A stretch of 64,000 bases of DNA from an uncultured Candidatus Saccharibacteria bacterium (GCA_964600255.1 CAZRIX010000003.1:6476-70475); one strand, 5' to 3'; counted from the stretch's first letter, positions 9,102-18,971 are shown. Program-made: numbers and translations. Notes: a model not told the origin generated them from the letters alone.

Positions 9102-10112
9102 CTATTTTTCCATACCTTTCAATACTTCAAGGTAAAGTTCTTCTACTATTTTTTCCTGTGCCGCTCCGGATTTGGCATAGTGATCAAGTCCTGGGGCAGA
9201 GTTGATCTCAAGAATCCAGTATTTGTCGGGCTTTTCACTTATGTCACCGCTGATCATGAGATCTACTCCACATAGACGGAGTCCCATATCTTTTGTAAGT
9301 GAGACTGAGAGTTTTGCAAAGTCTTTATGGACTATATTTGTTACATCAATAGAATCTCCGCCGGTAGATAGGTTCGCATTGTCGAGTAGGTAGACTAGTC
9401 GATCTTTTTCTATTACAGATTTTAGATTGAGATTCTGATGTCGCAACTTGTCCATCATTCTTTGATCAGAAAAATTTATACGCGTGTCTCGACGGTCGCG
9501 AATAAATTGTTTTTGTTTTTTTATAAGTAATTCACGAATTGAGGATTTGCCGTCACCTGTAACATTAAGGGGAACTCTTTGGTATGCAGAAATTATTTTT
9601 CTATCTAGAACCACAACTCGATAGTCTTTGCCACGAACTGGACTTTGTACCAATGCGATTCTATCTCTTCCAAACACTGATCGCATCGCTTTGTAAAATT
9701 CTTTCTTGTTATGTACTAGTGCCACATTCGTACCCTGACTACCACTGTTCGGTTTTACTATGACAGGAAATTTTATTTTTTTTGCGTATCGATATGCTCC
9801 ATCAATATCTCGTTTTGGTAAACCGACTTTTTTAGCAAAAGATTTTGTAAAAAAAGTAAGGCTGTTTGGTACTGTTGCGTATCCCATTTGTTTCATAAAC
9901 ATATTCGCATAGTCCTTGTCCAAAGCAATCTCGGATGCTCCAAGAGTATTGATATCGATACAAGAACCACGGAAGTATCGTCTTCTCCCATTTTTGAAAT
10001 TTATCTGGCCGACGACTTGCCAACGAGGTTCGATAACCACACTAGCGCCAATACTTGGTGCTATCTTTTTTAATACCTGACCTAGGATTGGTGTAACTGT
10101 TTTTCGTCTCAT
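9102..10112 (-). CDS. Stand-alone ATP-grasp ligase (cyanophycin synthetase / GshAB-like domain)
   Basis: PVIVKP..GSQG, DYRVVV, GDG.SSI.EL, NANLSTGG and EINSAPG motifs. Confidence 0.82.
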   Translation of the reverse strand: MRRKTVTPILGQVLKKIAPSIGASVVIEPRWQVVGQINFKNGRRRYFRGSCIDINTLGASEIALDKDYANMFMKQMGYATVPNSLTFFTKSFAKKVGLPKRDIDGAYRYAKKIKFPVIVKPNSGSQGTNVALVHNKKEFYKAMRSVFGRDRIALVQSPVRGKDYRVVVLDRKIISAYQRVPLNVTGDGKSSIRELLIKKQKQFIRDRRDTRINFSDQRMMDKLRHQNLNLKSVIEKDRLVYLLDNANLSTGGDSIDVTNIVHKDFAKLSVSLTKDMGLRLCGVDLMISGDISEKPDKYWILEINSAPGLDHYAKSGAAQEKIVEELYLEVLKGMEK

Positions 10113-10195
10113 TTTTTAGTGTCAGGCTATTATGTGGTTTAACATGGTTACATGTCAATGCTTACAAACATTTTAAATAAGTATATAATCGTTAC

Positions 10196-10888
10196 ATGAA
10201 ACTAAATCGATTTTATTGTGAAGAAAAGTTGGTGGGAATGACCAATGGCTCTATTACCCGTGATACCCTAGTCAATCAACTGAAAAATGTTTTTCGGTTA
10301 AAGACAGGTGACGACATTATATTATTCGATGGTTCTGGCTACGATTACTTGGTGACAATATCCGGATATGAAAAAGACACCGTTTCATTTACTGTAAAAA
10401 GTGTTAATGAAAACGTTGTGTTACCCACACGAGAAACATATCTTTTTGCATCAGTTGTGAAGAAAGATAACTTTGAGTGGATAGTTCAAAAAGCAACCGA
10501 GCTTGGAGTTTCACATATTGTCCCTATTGTGTCCGACCGTACAGAGAAAAAGGATATAAATACAGAGAGAATGCAGAAAATTATCACGGAGGCGGCAGAG
10601 CAAAGTGGTCGTGGAACATTGCCGATTCTCTACGGTGTAACCGAGCTTGAGGAGGCGTTACACAACTATGCGCATGTTCGTTCTATAGCATGGCACACAG
10701 TTGCACCGAAGTTCGTTTCACAAGATGTATCTGACTCTATCGGTGCATATATTGGTCCTGAAGGTGGCTGGTCTCCTCTCGAAATAGAGATTTTTAAGAA
10801 ACATGGAGTTCATACTCGTTCACTTGGTCCACAAGTCCTTCGTAGTGAAACAGCTGTTATTGCTGTGATTTCAAGATTGGTTTTCTAG
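10196..10888 (+). CDS. rsmE: 16S rRNA m3U1498 methyltransferase
   Basis: QKATELGV, EAAEQSGR, IGPEGG and LRSETA motifs. Confidence 0.95.
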   Translation: MKLNRFYCEEKLVGMTNGSITRDTLVNQLKNVFRLKTGDDIILFDGSGYDYLVTISGYEKDTVSFTVKSVNENVVLPTRETYLFASVVKKDNFEWIVQKATELGVSHIVPIVSDRTEKKDINTERMQKIITEAAEQSGRGTLPILYGVTELEEALHNYAHVRSIAWHTVAPKFVSQDVSDSIGAYIGPEGGWSPLEIEIFKKHGVHTRSLGPQVLRSETAVIAVISRLVF

Positions 10889-10897
10889 TTTAGTTCC

Positions 10898-10969
10898 GCT
10901 GACCTACGTAGCTCCTTTTTCTATTCGACCCCTGATTAGTCTCATAGAAAAAGGACTACTCCGGTCAGC
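10898..10969. repeat. Long imperfect hairpin (REP-like)
   Basis: GCTGACC/GGTCAGC outer stem. Inner stem GTAG(C)TCCTTTTTCTAT/ATAGAAAAAGGACTAC. Confidence 0.7.
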
Positions 10970-10982
10970 ATTATAAAGATGC

Positions 10983-11137
10983 TTGTAAATCTCAGATAGA
11001 ATCCGGTGAGGAAGAAGCTAAGTAGGTCCGCGTTTAGTAAATTTTGATAGAATCCTTGCACTCGGAAGCTCCTTTTATTTTTACGCTTCGCTAGAAAATA
11101 AAACGACTTCCTCACCGGATTCTATAGAGATTTACAA
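10983..11137. repeat. 155-bp element with ~30-bp terminal inverted repeats (MITE/REPIN-like or ncRNA)
   Basis: TTGTAAATCTC(ag)ATAGAATCCGGTGAGGAAG pairs with CTTCCTCACCGGATTCTAT(a)GAGATTTACAA. Confidence 0.7.
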
Positions 11138-11150
11138 CAAGTAATCGTGC

Positions 11151-11183
11151 AATAAAAAACCACCTTACGGTGGCTTTTTATTT
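11151..11183. terminator. Intrinsic terminator (tig / bidirectional)
   Basis: CCACC-TTAC-GGTGG stem flanked by A and T tracts. Confidence 0.75.
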
Positions 11184-11185
11184 AT

Positions 11186-12148
11186 CTATTTAATTGCTTC
11201 TAGGAATTGATATGTCTTCTCATTTGTTAATACAGTCTCCGCATAAGTGTATGCATGTTCCTTGTCTGCATCTTTGTAGTGATCTAGAATATGCTTCACC
11301 TCTGCTTCTATTTCTTTAACATCAACTTTGATTTTTTCTTTCTTAACAATTTCATTTAGAATCAATTGCAACTTCGCTTTCTTCTCAGCTGGTTGTCTCC
11401 ACTCTGCGCGAATCTCTTCAATTGTTTTCTTTGCATGCTTTAGATAATCTTCAATCTTTACACCCATGCGATTGATATCATCATTGAACTGCATCTCAAT
11501 TCTTCTTGTTTCGCTTGCTATCAAAACTTCTGGAATTTCAACTTCTGTTGTTTCAAGAATTTTATCTGAAAGTGCGATTCTTTTTTTCTCTTGTGATTGA
11601 AGTTTCTTGTCTTCAAGTAGGTACTGTTTCAATTGCTCTTTGGCTTCTGGTGAATCATGATCGTGTCCTTCGTGGTCTGTGTGAGACTTCTTTATTCTTT
11701 CCAAAGCATCTTCAACTTCCTTGTCTGTTACTTCAAACTTTTCTTCAGGTGTGCTGTTTATTTCTTTTGCAATTTTTTTGAAATCACCAAGTTTTATTTC
11801 AGGAGATACAGCAGTGACAATTTTGAATTCAAGAGGATTGTTCATCGCCAACTTTGTAATACTGATCTCTGGGCGACCCAAAGCATCGATCTCTTCTTTT
11901 ACTACAATCTCTGGATATGCTTTTGATATTGCAAGCTCAGCCATTTCTTCTAGGATTGCCATTTCACCAACTTTTGATGTGATGACATTTTCTGGAGCTT
12001 TACCTTTTCTAAAACCATCAATTGATATTTCATCATTGATATTTTGAATAGCCTGCTTTTTGAATGCAGTAAATTCTGGTGTATCGATTGAACCAGTAAT
12101 CTCGACCTGAGACTTCTCTAACTTTTTGATTTTTATGTTTTTATACAT
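11186..12148 (-). CDS. tig: Trigger factor (lacking the FKBP domain)
   Basis: IDGFRKGKAP signature. Only 320 aa, with a His-rich linker in place of the PPIase domain. Confidence 0.9.
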   Translation of the reverse strand: MYKNIKIKKLEKSQVEITGSIDTPEFTAFKKQAIQNINDEISIDGFRKGKAPENVITSKVGEMAILEEMAELAISKAYPEIVVKEEIDALGRPEISITKLAMNNPLEFKIVTAVSPEIKLGDFKKIAKEINSTPEEKFEVTDKEVEDALERIKKSHTDHEGHDHDSPEAKEQLKQYLLEDKKLQSQEKKRIALSDKILETTEVEIPEVLIASETRRIEMQFNDDINRMGVKIEDYLKHAKKTIEEIRAEWRQPAEKKAKLQLILNEIVKKEKIKVDVKEIEAEVKHILDHYKDADKEHAYTYAETVLTNEKTYQFLEAIK

Positions 12149-12293
12149 GATTTTGAAAGTCTACCTTAAAAACGGAATTTGGCAAGTAAAGCATAGATGA
12201 CGTATCGAGACGATTCAAACAGGGTATATGGTTAATATAAAAACAAAAATACCCGACTCTCGCCAGGTATTTTTGTAAAATATGGATTAAGTT

Positions 12294-12596
12294 TTAGAAG
12301 CTGTAATCTATATCCTTTAGTTGCATATCTAGTTCAGCTTGGATGGCAGCTGCATCATTTGGAGTAGATGTTCCACCTGTTGTGTCTGTCTCGACAACGG
12401 TTTCTTCAGTTATGATTGGAGCACTCTCTATTTGTTCTGATGTTGTGTTTAGATTCTGGCTAAAGAAATATAGCGCTGCAATAACTACAACTAGAACTAT
12501 CACTAGGATTCCCACTATAGGCCCAACCTTCTTGTTGTCCTTTGGAGTAAGTGGTAGTCCATTTAACATACTATTTGAATTTTTGTTTGGTTCCAT
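12294..12596 (-). CDS. Hypothetical single-TM protein
   Basis: GPIVGILVIVLVVVIAALYFF TM segment and an acidic tail. Confidence 0.7.
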   Translation of the reverse strand: MEPNKNSNSMLNGLPLTPKDNKKVGPIVGILVIVLVVVIAALYFFSQNLNTTSEQIESAPIITEETVVETDTTGGTSTPNDAAAIQAELDMQLKDIDYSF

Positions 12597-12607
12597 ATTT
12601 GTTTATA

Positions 12608-13360
12608 TTAATTTCTGATAGGTGTTGTACTTGCAGTATTGCTTCTAGGTCCAATAAGCTTTACAACCTCTTTTAGTGAATCTCTTGCATCCTTTACTGC
12701 CTTGATTGCTGCATCACCAGTCTGTCTTGGCTTAGCTAGATCAGTTTCAGTTGATGTAGAAGCTTCTGATGTAGCTGTTAGGGCTGCTAGTGCTTCTACT
12801 GCTGTTTTTGCTGCTGCAATCTTTGTATCAGCTACTGCTAGAGCTGCTTTTGCATCAGTTAGAACCTTGCCTGATGCTTCTTGTTTAGTGATGATTTCGT
12901 TAATACGAGTTCTTGAATTTGTTAGATTCTCTATAGAAATGTTTAGTTGTTTAACCAATGCATTTGCTCTTGTCTTGAATTCATCTGTCTTCATCTTCTT
13001 CAAAGCATCCTTTCTTGCTGTTTTGAAGTTTTCCATAGCTTCCTTGTTTGAAAGGCGAATCTCCTTTCTCTCCTCTGATGAACTAGCAGATCTAGGATCC
13101 TTTCTCTCTGCAAGCATCTTATCCTTCAGATCTTTTACCTCGTTCTTTGTTGTTTCTTTGATATTTTTAACTTCAGCTTTTTTCTCATCTCTTACCTCCT
13201 TTCTCTCTTCTTTTATTTCCTTTCTAACTTCAACTCTCTTTTTCTCTGGATTGTTTGTGTTGTTTACACTACTGTCTGTTTGAGCAAGTGCGGCATTTGA
13301 TACTAGGAAAAAACCAAGTATCAATACGGCAAATGATAGATTATTTTTATTTAATTTCAT
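12608..13360 (-). CDS. Secreted coiled-coil hypothetical protein
   Basis: Signal peptide ending ALA-Q, followed by K/E/A-rich helices. Confidence 0.75.
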   Translation of the reverse strand: MKLNKNNLSFAVLILGFFLVSNAALAQTDSSVNNTNNPEKKRVEVRKEIKEERKEVRDEKKAEVKNIKETTKNEVKDLKDKMLAERKDPRSASSSEERKEIRLSNKEAMENFKTARKDALKKMKTDEFKTRANALVKQLNISIENLTNSRTRINEIITKQEASGKVLTDAKAALAVADTKIAAAKTAVEALAALTATSEASTSTETDLAKPRQTGDAAIKAVKDARDSLKEVVKLIGPRSNTASTTPIRN

Positions 13361-13403
13361 TTGTATATGATTAATGCTAAAAGGTTTAAAAACCTTGCAT
13401 CAA

Positions 13404-14537
13404 TTATACACTAGCAGCTTCTGATTTTGTACCAGTAGACTGGATATCTATTTTCCAACCTGTAAGTTTTGCAGCAAGTCGAACATTCTGACCGCCTTTT
13501 CCGATAGCTAGAGATTGTTGATCTTCTGAAACATGAACTACAGCTCTCTTTTCTTCTGTATTTAGATCAATCTTCTGGATTTTTGCTGGTGAAAGAGATT
13601 CCTGGATAAATACTGACGGATTCTCATTCCATTGTATGATATCGATCTTTTCTCCTGCCAATTCACTCATAACTGTAGAAACTCTCACTCCTCTTTGACC
13701 TACTAGAGAACCGATAGGGTCAATGTGACTATCTGAAGAGAATACTGCGATTTTTGAACGTGCACCTGCTTCACGTGCTATTGCCTTTACTTCTACTACA
13801 CCTTGTGCGATTTCTGGAGCTTCTACTTCAAAAAGCTTAGATAGGAATTTTGGATGTGAGCGAGATAGCTTCAAAAGGATACCCTTTGGTGACTCTTCTA
13901 CAGCATAGAGGTAGGCACGGATTCTCTCTCCTTGCTTGTAGTGCTCATTTGGAATCTGGTCTTCATATGAAACTATACCCATAGCACGGCCCATGTCCAC
14001 GAAGATTGCTCCTCTTTCTACTCTTTGTACTGTACCTGAGACAATTTCACCTTCTTTTGCAGCATATTCGCCTAGAACTGATGTTTTCTCAGCTTCCCGA
14101 ATCTTCTGTATTATCACTTGCTTTGCTGTTTGAGCAGCAATTCTTCCATAATCACCCTTTTCTTCAAGAGGGAAGATGATTTCATCGTCTAGTTTTGCAT
14201 CTTTTTTGATTTTCTTAGCATCGTTAAGTAGCATGTGGTGCTCAGGATTGAAACGAACGCGGATATTCTCCTCGGCCATATTCTTGATATCCTGCTCATC
14301 CTCCTCGTCCTCCATGATTACTTTTGACTCATCTACCACGATTTTCACCTGGTAAAACTCAACTTTTCCAGAGTCATTGTCAAAAACAGCGCGAACAATC
14401 TGGCCTTTCTTGCCATATTCCTTCTTGTAGGCTGTTGCTAGGGCAAGCTCAATAGCCTCAAGCATCTTAGCCTTTGGTATACCACGCTCCTCCTCAAGCT
14501 GTTGTAGAACCGAATGTATTACTTTTAGATCAAACAT
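13404..14537 (-). CDS. nusA: Transcription termination factor NusA
   Basis: GRIAAQTAKQVIIQKIREAE, S1 domain and KH domains (SLAIGKGGQNVRLAAKLTGW). Likely start MFDLK at 14537. Confidence 0.96.
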   Translation of the reverse strand: MFDLKVIHSVLQQLEEERGIPKAKMLEAIELALATAYKKEYGKKGQIVRAVFDNDSGKVEFYQVKIVVDESKVIMEDEEDEQDIKNMAEENIRVRFNPEHHMLLNDAKKIKKDAKLDDEIIFPLEEKGDYGRIAAQTAKQVIIQKIREAEKTSVLGEYAAKEGEIVSGTVQRVERGAIFVDMGRAMGIVSYEDQIPNEHYKQGERIRAYLYAVEESPKGILLKLSRSHPKFLSKLFEVEAPEIAQGVVEVKAIAREAGARSKIAVFSSDSHIDPIGSLVGQRGVRVSTVMSELAGEKIDIIQWNENPSVFIQESLSPAKIQKIDLNTEEKRAVVHVSEDQQSLAIGKGGQNVRLAAKLTGWKIDIQSTGTKSEAASV

Positions 14538-14607
14538 ATATTTAATTGTATTAACTTTATAATGCGGACTTATTGATGCAAACTTACTGATAATTGCTAA
14601 ATTTTTC

Positions 14608-14637
14608 AAAAAAATGAGCTCGCCTCAAGCGAACTTC
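14608..14637 (-). terminator. Terminator-like attenuator hairpin in the nusA leader
   Basis: Minus strand AGTTCGC-TTGAG-GCGAGCT followed by a T7 tract, downstream of an extended -10 TGaTATACT. Confidence 0.5.
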
Positions 14638-14718
14638 TTGTAAAAGAGTATATCATGACAACGGGATATCCACAAGTGGAATAGTTTTATCTCTAAATAG
14701 ACTATATAATATGTATAT

Positions 14719-15939
14719 ATGAATATTAAAAAACTAACATTAGGATTATTAGCTTCAGCATTTACTTTTGTACTAGCATTCTCTTTTTTAACTAGTCTGG
14801 CAAATGCGGGTACATCTGAACTAACAGGGTGGGGATGGTCTCCAAATATCGGTTGGATCAGTTTGAACTGCTCAAATACAAATACCTGTTCTACTTCGAA
14901 CTATAAGGTCCAGATCGCCACAAGTACAGCTACAGACGGGGTCTTTTCTGGATATGCATGGTCTTCAAATATTGGTTGGATAAAGTTTGAGGGTGACAAG
15001 TCTCATGAAGGTCCTACTATTGAACTTGATAAGGGATCAATAACTGGATGGATAAGAGCATGCGCTGGTACAGTAAACAAGGATTGTGCAAGTGTCGATA
15101 GAACAGACGGTTGGGATGGTTGGATGAAGTTATCAGAGCCAGGTACTATTTATCCCACACGAAAAATAGATGGTACTGGAGGTTTGACATATGATCCCGC
15201 AACAGGTCAGTTCGTAGGGTACGCTTGGGGAGGTCTCCTAGGTTGGATAACGTTTAGCCCTAATGTTCCTCCACCGTCAAATGCAAAGTGCCCTGGATGT
15301 AATGGTGTCACAGGTGGTCAGAACATAACCGCGAATTGTCTGATTAATCCATCAGTTATAACCCTTACACCACCAAACACAACCACTACTATAACTCCTA
15401 GTGTAGGTTCATATTCTGGAGGAGTCGGTTCATATTCTTTCTCACCACAGACTTTCACATTAGGAGTTGGTGTTGGTCAGATAAACTCAGTAACAGTCAC
15501 CGATAGTTCAGTTCCACCAAAGACAGGTGTGGTTGCATGTAATCCAGTCACAGTTAATATGGGAGTTGCGCCAAGTGGGTTGAATATGTGGGTACCACCA
15601 GTGTCAGGCGCTGATACAAAATCAAATAGTTCAATTAAAATAAAGCCAGGACAGAATGCGACAGTAAAATGGGAATATCCTGCGGGAAGTACACTTGAAA
15701 GTTGCGAGGGTTACATAAACGGCACGCTACTTACTGGCGCTGATGCAATCACATGTAATGCACAACAGAAAATAATAAGGACTGGGCTATTACCACAAGG
15801 TATACATAAGTATTCAATGGTCGGTACAGATTTGACTATAGGCAGTCTAACCAACGGCCAAGTCTTAAATGCACGAGCTCCGAACGATGAGTACGAGTTA
15901 ATAATATATGTTTCAAATTCAAACATTAAGGAGCAATAA
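14719..15939 (+). CDS. Secreted CPR-type protein with GWAWSxNIGWI repeats
   Basis: Signal peptide and three G(W/Y)(G/A)W...GWI repeats with Cys pairs. Confidence 0.8.
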   Translation: MNIKKLTLGLLASAFTFVLAFSFLTSLANAGTSELTGWGWSPNIGWISLNCSNTNTCSTSNYKVQIATSTATDGVFSGYAWSSNIGWIKFEGDKSHEGPTIELDKGSITGWIRACAGTVNKDCASVDRTDGWDGWMKLSEPGTIYPTRKIDGTGGLTYDPATGQFVGYAWGGLLGWITFSPNVPPPSNAKCPGCNGVTGGQNITANCLINPSVITLTPPNTTTTITPSVGSYSGGVGSYSFSPQTFTLGVGVGQINSVTVTDSSVPPKTGVVACNPVTVNMGVAPSGLNMWVPPVSGADTKSNSSIKIKPGQNATVKWEYPAGSTLESCEGYINGTLLTGADAITCNAQQKIIRTGLLPQGIHKYSMVGTDLTIGSLTNGQVLNARAPNDEYELIIYVSNSNIKEQ

Positions 15940-15959
15940 AATATAAAAATATCAAAGTA

Positions 15960-15986
15960 AAAGGGCGTTCGCGAGGAACGCCCTTT
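15960..15986. terminator. Bidirectional intrinsic terminator
   Basis: AAAGGGCGTTC/GAACGCCCTTT between convergent genes. Confidence 0.85.
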
Positions 15987-16002
15987 CTTGTTTTAGCCAA
16001 CC

Positions 16003-17010
16003 CTACTTGAGGATCGGCACACCATCCACCGGGACTGCCCGGTAGAATTGTTGCACCCCATCCATGTCTGCGTAGACGGGATTTTCGTATGCGGGGAGGT
16101 TGATTACCTTCCCGCCAGGTAGATCCGTCCACTTGCCACCGAGTGTTGGTGTGGACTGGATCATGTAGATCCTCCCAGGCTCCCCATCCTTTACGCTAAG
16201 CGCGATGGAGGTAGGTTGGGTGAATGACTTGACTCCGCCTGTTGCGGCGGTCACTTGAAGATCTACTCCGACCTCTGCAGGCTTCTCCGGCCTGAGGTTA
16301 CCGCTCTCATCAAACACCTTGAAGGTGTTCTGACTCGTGACCACCCTAACGGTGGTCTTGAAAGAGTCACTCGACACAGCGTGGTGTGTCGGGATGAAAA
16401 TAAGGGATCTAGCAAGGTGAAATCCTTCTTGAGGATTCGAGTCTGAATTAACACTCCTGACAAGGTAACCATTGCTGGACACCGTGTCCACTTGAGCCCA
16501 AGCGTACTTGGGAATCTCGTATACCACGAATTCTGACGGAAACTCCATGGAGATATCCGTAAGATCAGGTGGTAGGGAGTATGTATTTCCGACCTTGACC
16601 AAGTAGAACACCTTGTATGCTACAAAGTAGTAGACGCTGATGTAAGGTACACCAGGACCATTTACTCGTTTGTAGTATTGCGCGTGCAAGATGAACGGTT
16701 CATCCCGGTCCTGTCCAACATTCGTATCGATTGCCCCTTGGGCAAGTCGATGGAAGTTAGACCTGAAGTGATTTTCCAAATCTACCCTAGCGGTAAAGTT
16801 GGTATTCCATCCATCGTTGCCAATACCGATCGCTCGGCCATTCAATAGTTGTCCTACACTGAGACTAAAGATCGTCCCAGATTTCAGAGAATGTCTCTCG
16901 ACCGCCTCCTCGCTCCCGATGAGCAAGTTGGTGATCTGTGCGCTCAAGCCTTCCTTGCAGAAGGCTAGAGCGAAGATCACGAGCGCAAGCGCTCGAATTT
17001 TCTTGTTCAT
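16003..17010 (-). CDS. GC-rich secreted hypothetical protein with Verrucomicrobia-like C-terminal motif
   Basis: Signal peptide, AAGGA SD and C-terminal GEPGRIYMIQSTPTL..W...FYRA. Confidence 0.75.
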   Translation of the reverse strand: MNKKIRALALVIFALAFCKEGLSAQITNLLIGSEEAVERHSLKSGTIFSLSVGQLLNGRAIGIGNDGWNTNFTARVDLENHFRSNFHRLAQGAIDTNVGQDRDEPFILHAQYYKRVNGPGVPYISVYYFVAYKVFYLVKVGNTYSLPPDLTDISMEFPSEFVVYEIPKYAWAQVDTVSSNGYLVRSVNSDSNPQEGFHLARSLIFIPTHHAVSSDSFKTTVRVVTSQNTFKVFDESGNLRPEKPAEVGVDLQVTAATGGVKSFTQPTSIALSVKDGEPGRIYMIQSTPTLGGKWTDLPGGKVINLPAYENPVYADMDGVQQFYRAVPVDGVPILK

Positions 17011-17219
17011 AATGTTCCTTACAGCAAGGTGCCATTAGCGCACCTTCGTTTTTTTTGTTGAGTTTTACTCATGTTTGCACATTTCGATGTGCTGAGTCTG
17101 CATATATTATACCATAAGTAGTACATAAAAGTAAAGCAAGGGGTATGTATGTGGATAAGTGGGTATTAAGGTGCTTTTTGATTGAAAATTCAGTTTAAAA
17201 TGCTATTTTGTCGTACTTA

Positions 17220-18971
17220 CTACTTTCCCAGAAAGTCTACGGGTATAGATATTTCTACTGTAGCACCCAAGTTTTCTCCGTCAGAACTTATTTCAAGTTT
17301 TCCATGATGTGCTTCGATTGTTGATTTGGCTAGGTTTAGGCCGATACCCATACCTACAGGGTTTGTAAGCTTAGCCCTGTCGCTTCTATAGAATGACTGG
17401 GTTTCTATGTTATTTTTCTCTGATGTGGTTAGACCTATCCCACTATTTTTTATTTTTATATTTAAAACTCTGTCTTTTAGAGTGGTTGAGATGTCGATAT
17501 AGCCTGATTGTTTATTGTATTTGATAGCATTCTCAATAACGACCATTAAAGCATCTTTTAACTTGTTCCTATCGACTCTAATATCCGGCCATGAATTTGT
17601 GTCTGTGTGGTAGGTGATATCTAGTTTTAATTTGTCGATCTCTACTGCAAGCTCCATTAGTATATTTTGTATAACTGGCAGTAGGCTGACAGTCTTTAGA
17701 TTAAGGAAATTATTTTCTTTATTGATTCTAGAAATACTTTTAAAGTCATCAGCTATTTCGTTTAAGTTGTTTAGAGATTCTTTTGTATCGCGGAGCAAGC
17801 GAGCTGACTCTTCGTCATTTCGATCTATGTTTCTTATTATTCTATCTATTTTATTTCTAATACTTGTTATTGGAATTCTCAGGTTATGTTGAGCTATGGA
17901 AATAAAGCGGTCTTTTGTTTCAGATAGTTTTATCAGTTCTCTGTGAGCATTCCGCTCTAATTCGTAGGACTTCTTGATTTCTGCTGTTTGAGCTGTTACC
18001 CGGCTTTCGAGATTCGCATTCAGATCCTTTAGCGAAGTGGCGAGGGAAGAGATTTGAGAAAGGTGTTTAGATTCGCGGGAGGTAATTTTAAGTGACACTA
18101 CACTCATTAGTGTAGTTAAACACAGAGTTGCAATCATTAGCGGATGGCCAATACGCATGTCCTGAATAGCAAGCAGTGATCCATTCATTATTAAAATAGA
18201 TATAATAATTATCTCAGAGATTAGTATTCTCAGGTCTATTGTTTTATATTTACGAATTGAATACAGAAGTATTAAAAAGAATACTGGCATACCAAGTAAA
18301 CCAAATTGAGCAACTAGCCAATTATCAGTAATGCTTCCCACCACTGCCCCCCAAGAGAACGTAACTAAGAAGATTATCATCCCAGTAGATAGTAGTATCA
18401 GCTCGTTTATTGTAACTAGGCGCCCGCTACTCTTAAATGAGATTATTGAATAAACCACAATGAGTAATGTGTATATTAACTCAATTATGTATGAGTAATA
18501 CGAGTAGATTGTCTCATTACTTAAACACTTATCTATCGCAAAGTAATCTATCATGTAACTTGTGGGTGTAATGATAACTAGTGGCAAATAAAGTAATAGA
18601 AGAAATACAGTAAGATTGTTACTGGCTGGTTTTTTAAAGACTGATATGTGGAACAGCAATAAGCATAAAAGATGTACCATTGGCTCAATCAGTATTTGAA
18701 TTGACCATACAAACATGATTATCTTCGGGGTATTTGTTGACCAAAAAACTAGATCTAAAAATATCCACAATGAAAATACACTCGCGATTAGTAGTATTAG
18801 TTTGCATATAAGACTGGAAGTGTTTCTGCTGTATAGATATATACCAACTATTAGAGATACTAAAAGTATTGGTATGTGTGAAAAGTATATTATTTCAGGT
18901 ACATGTTTAGAAAATATTAGCAGTGATGGTGGTCCAAAGTTACATAGCATATCATCAATTTGTTGACACAA
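17220..18971 (-). CDS. Membrane sensor histidine kinase (multi-TM N-terminus, HisKA, HATPase)
   Basis: H box (AQHNLRIP), N box (ENAIKY) and G boxes (NSGIG, GMGIGL). The start may be ATG 18950. Confidence 0.88.
   Translation of the reverse strand: MCQQIDDMLCNFGPPSLLIFSKHVPEIIYFSHIPILLVSLIVGIYLYSRNTSSLICKLILLIASVFSLWIFLDLVFWSTNTPKIIMFVWSIQILIEPMVHLLCLLLFHISVFKKPASNNLTVFLLLLYLPLVIITPTSYMIDYFAIDKCLSNETIYSYYSYIIELIYTLLIVVYSIISFKSSGRLVTINELILLSTGMIIFLVTFSWGAVVGSITDNWLVAQFGLLGMPVFFLILLYSIRKYKTIDLRILISEIIIISILIMNGSLLAIQDMRIGHPLMIATLCLTTLMSVVSLKITSRESKHLSQISSLATSLKDLNANLESRVTAQTAEIKKSYELERNAHRELIKLSETKDRFISIAQHNLRIPITSIRNKIDRIIRNIDRNDEESARLLRDTKESLNNLNEIADDFKSISRINKENNFLNLKTVSLLPVIQNILMELAVEIDKLKLDITYHTDTNSWPDIRVDRNKLKDALMVVIENAIKYNKQSGYIDISTTLKDRVLNIKIKNSGIGLTTSEKNNIETQSFYRSDRAKLTNPVGMGIGLNLAKSTIEAHHGKLEISSDGENLGATVEISIPVDFLGK

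Noticed and set aside
10146-10202. GTTACATG half-sites near rsmE as parS
   Set aside because: Wrong spacing or missing second half-site.
11001-11020. Resemblance of TCCGGTGAGGAAGAAGC to SRP RNA helix 8
   Set aside because: It lacks the upstream CAGG and the AGCAG motif, and the segment is better explained as one arm of the long inverted repeat.
12639-13283. 214-aa plus-strand ORF, and similar long antisense ORFs over cca, rny, pilin, recJ, fusA, tuf and ribosomal genes
   Set aside because: Shadow frames of well-supported genes on the opposite strand.
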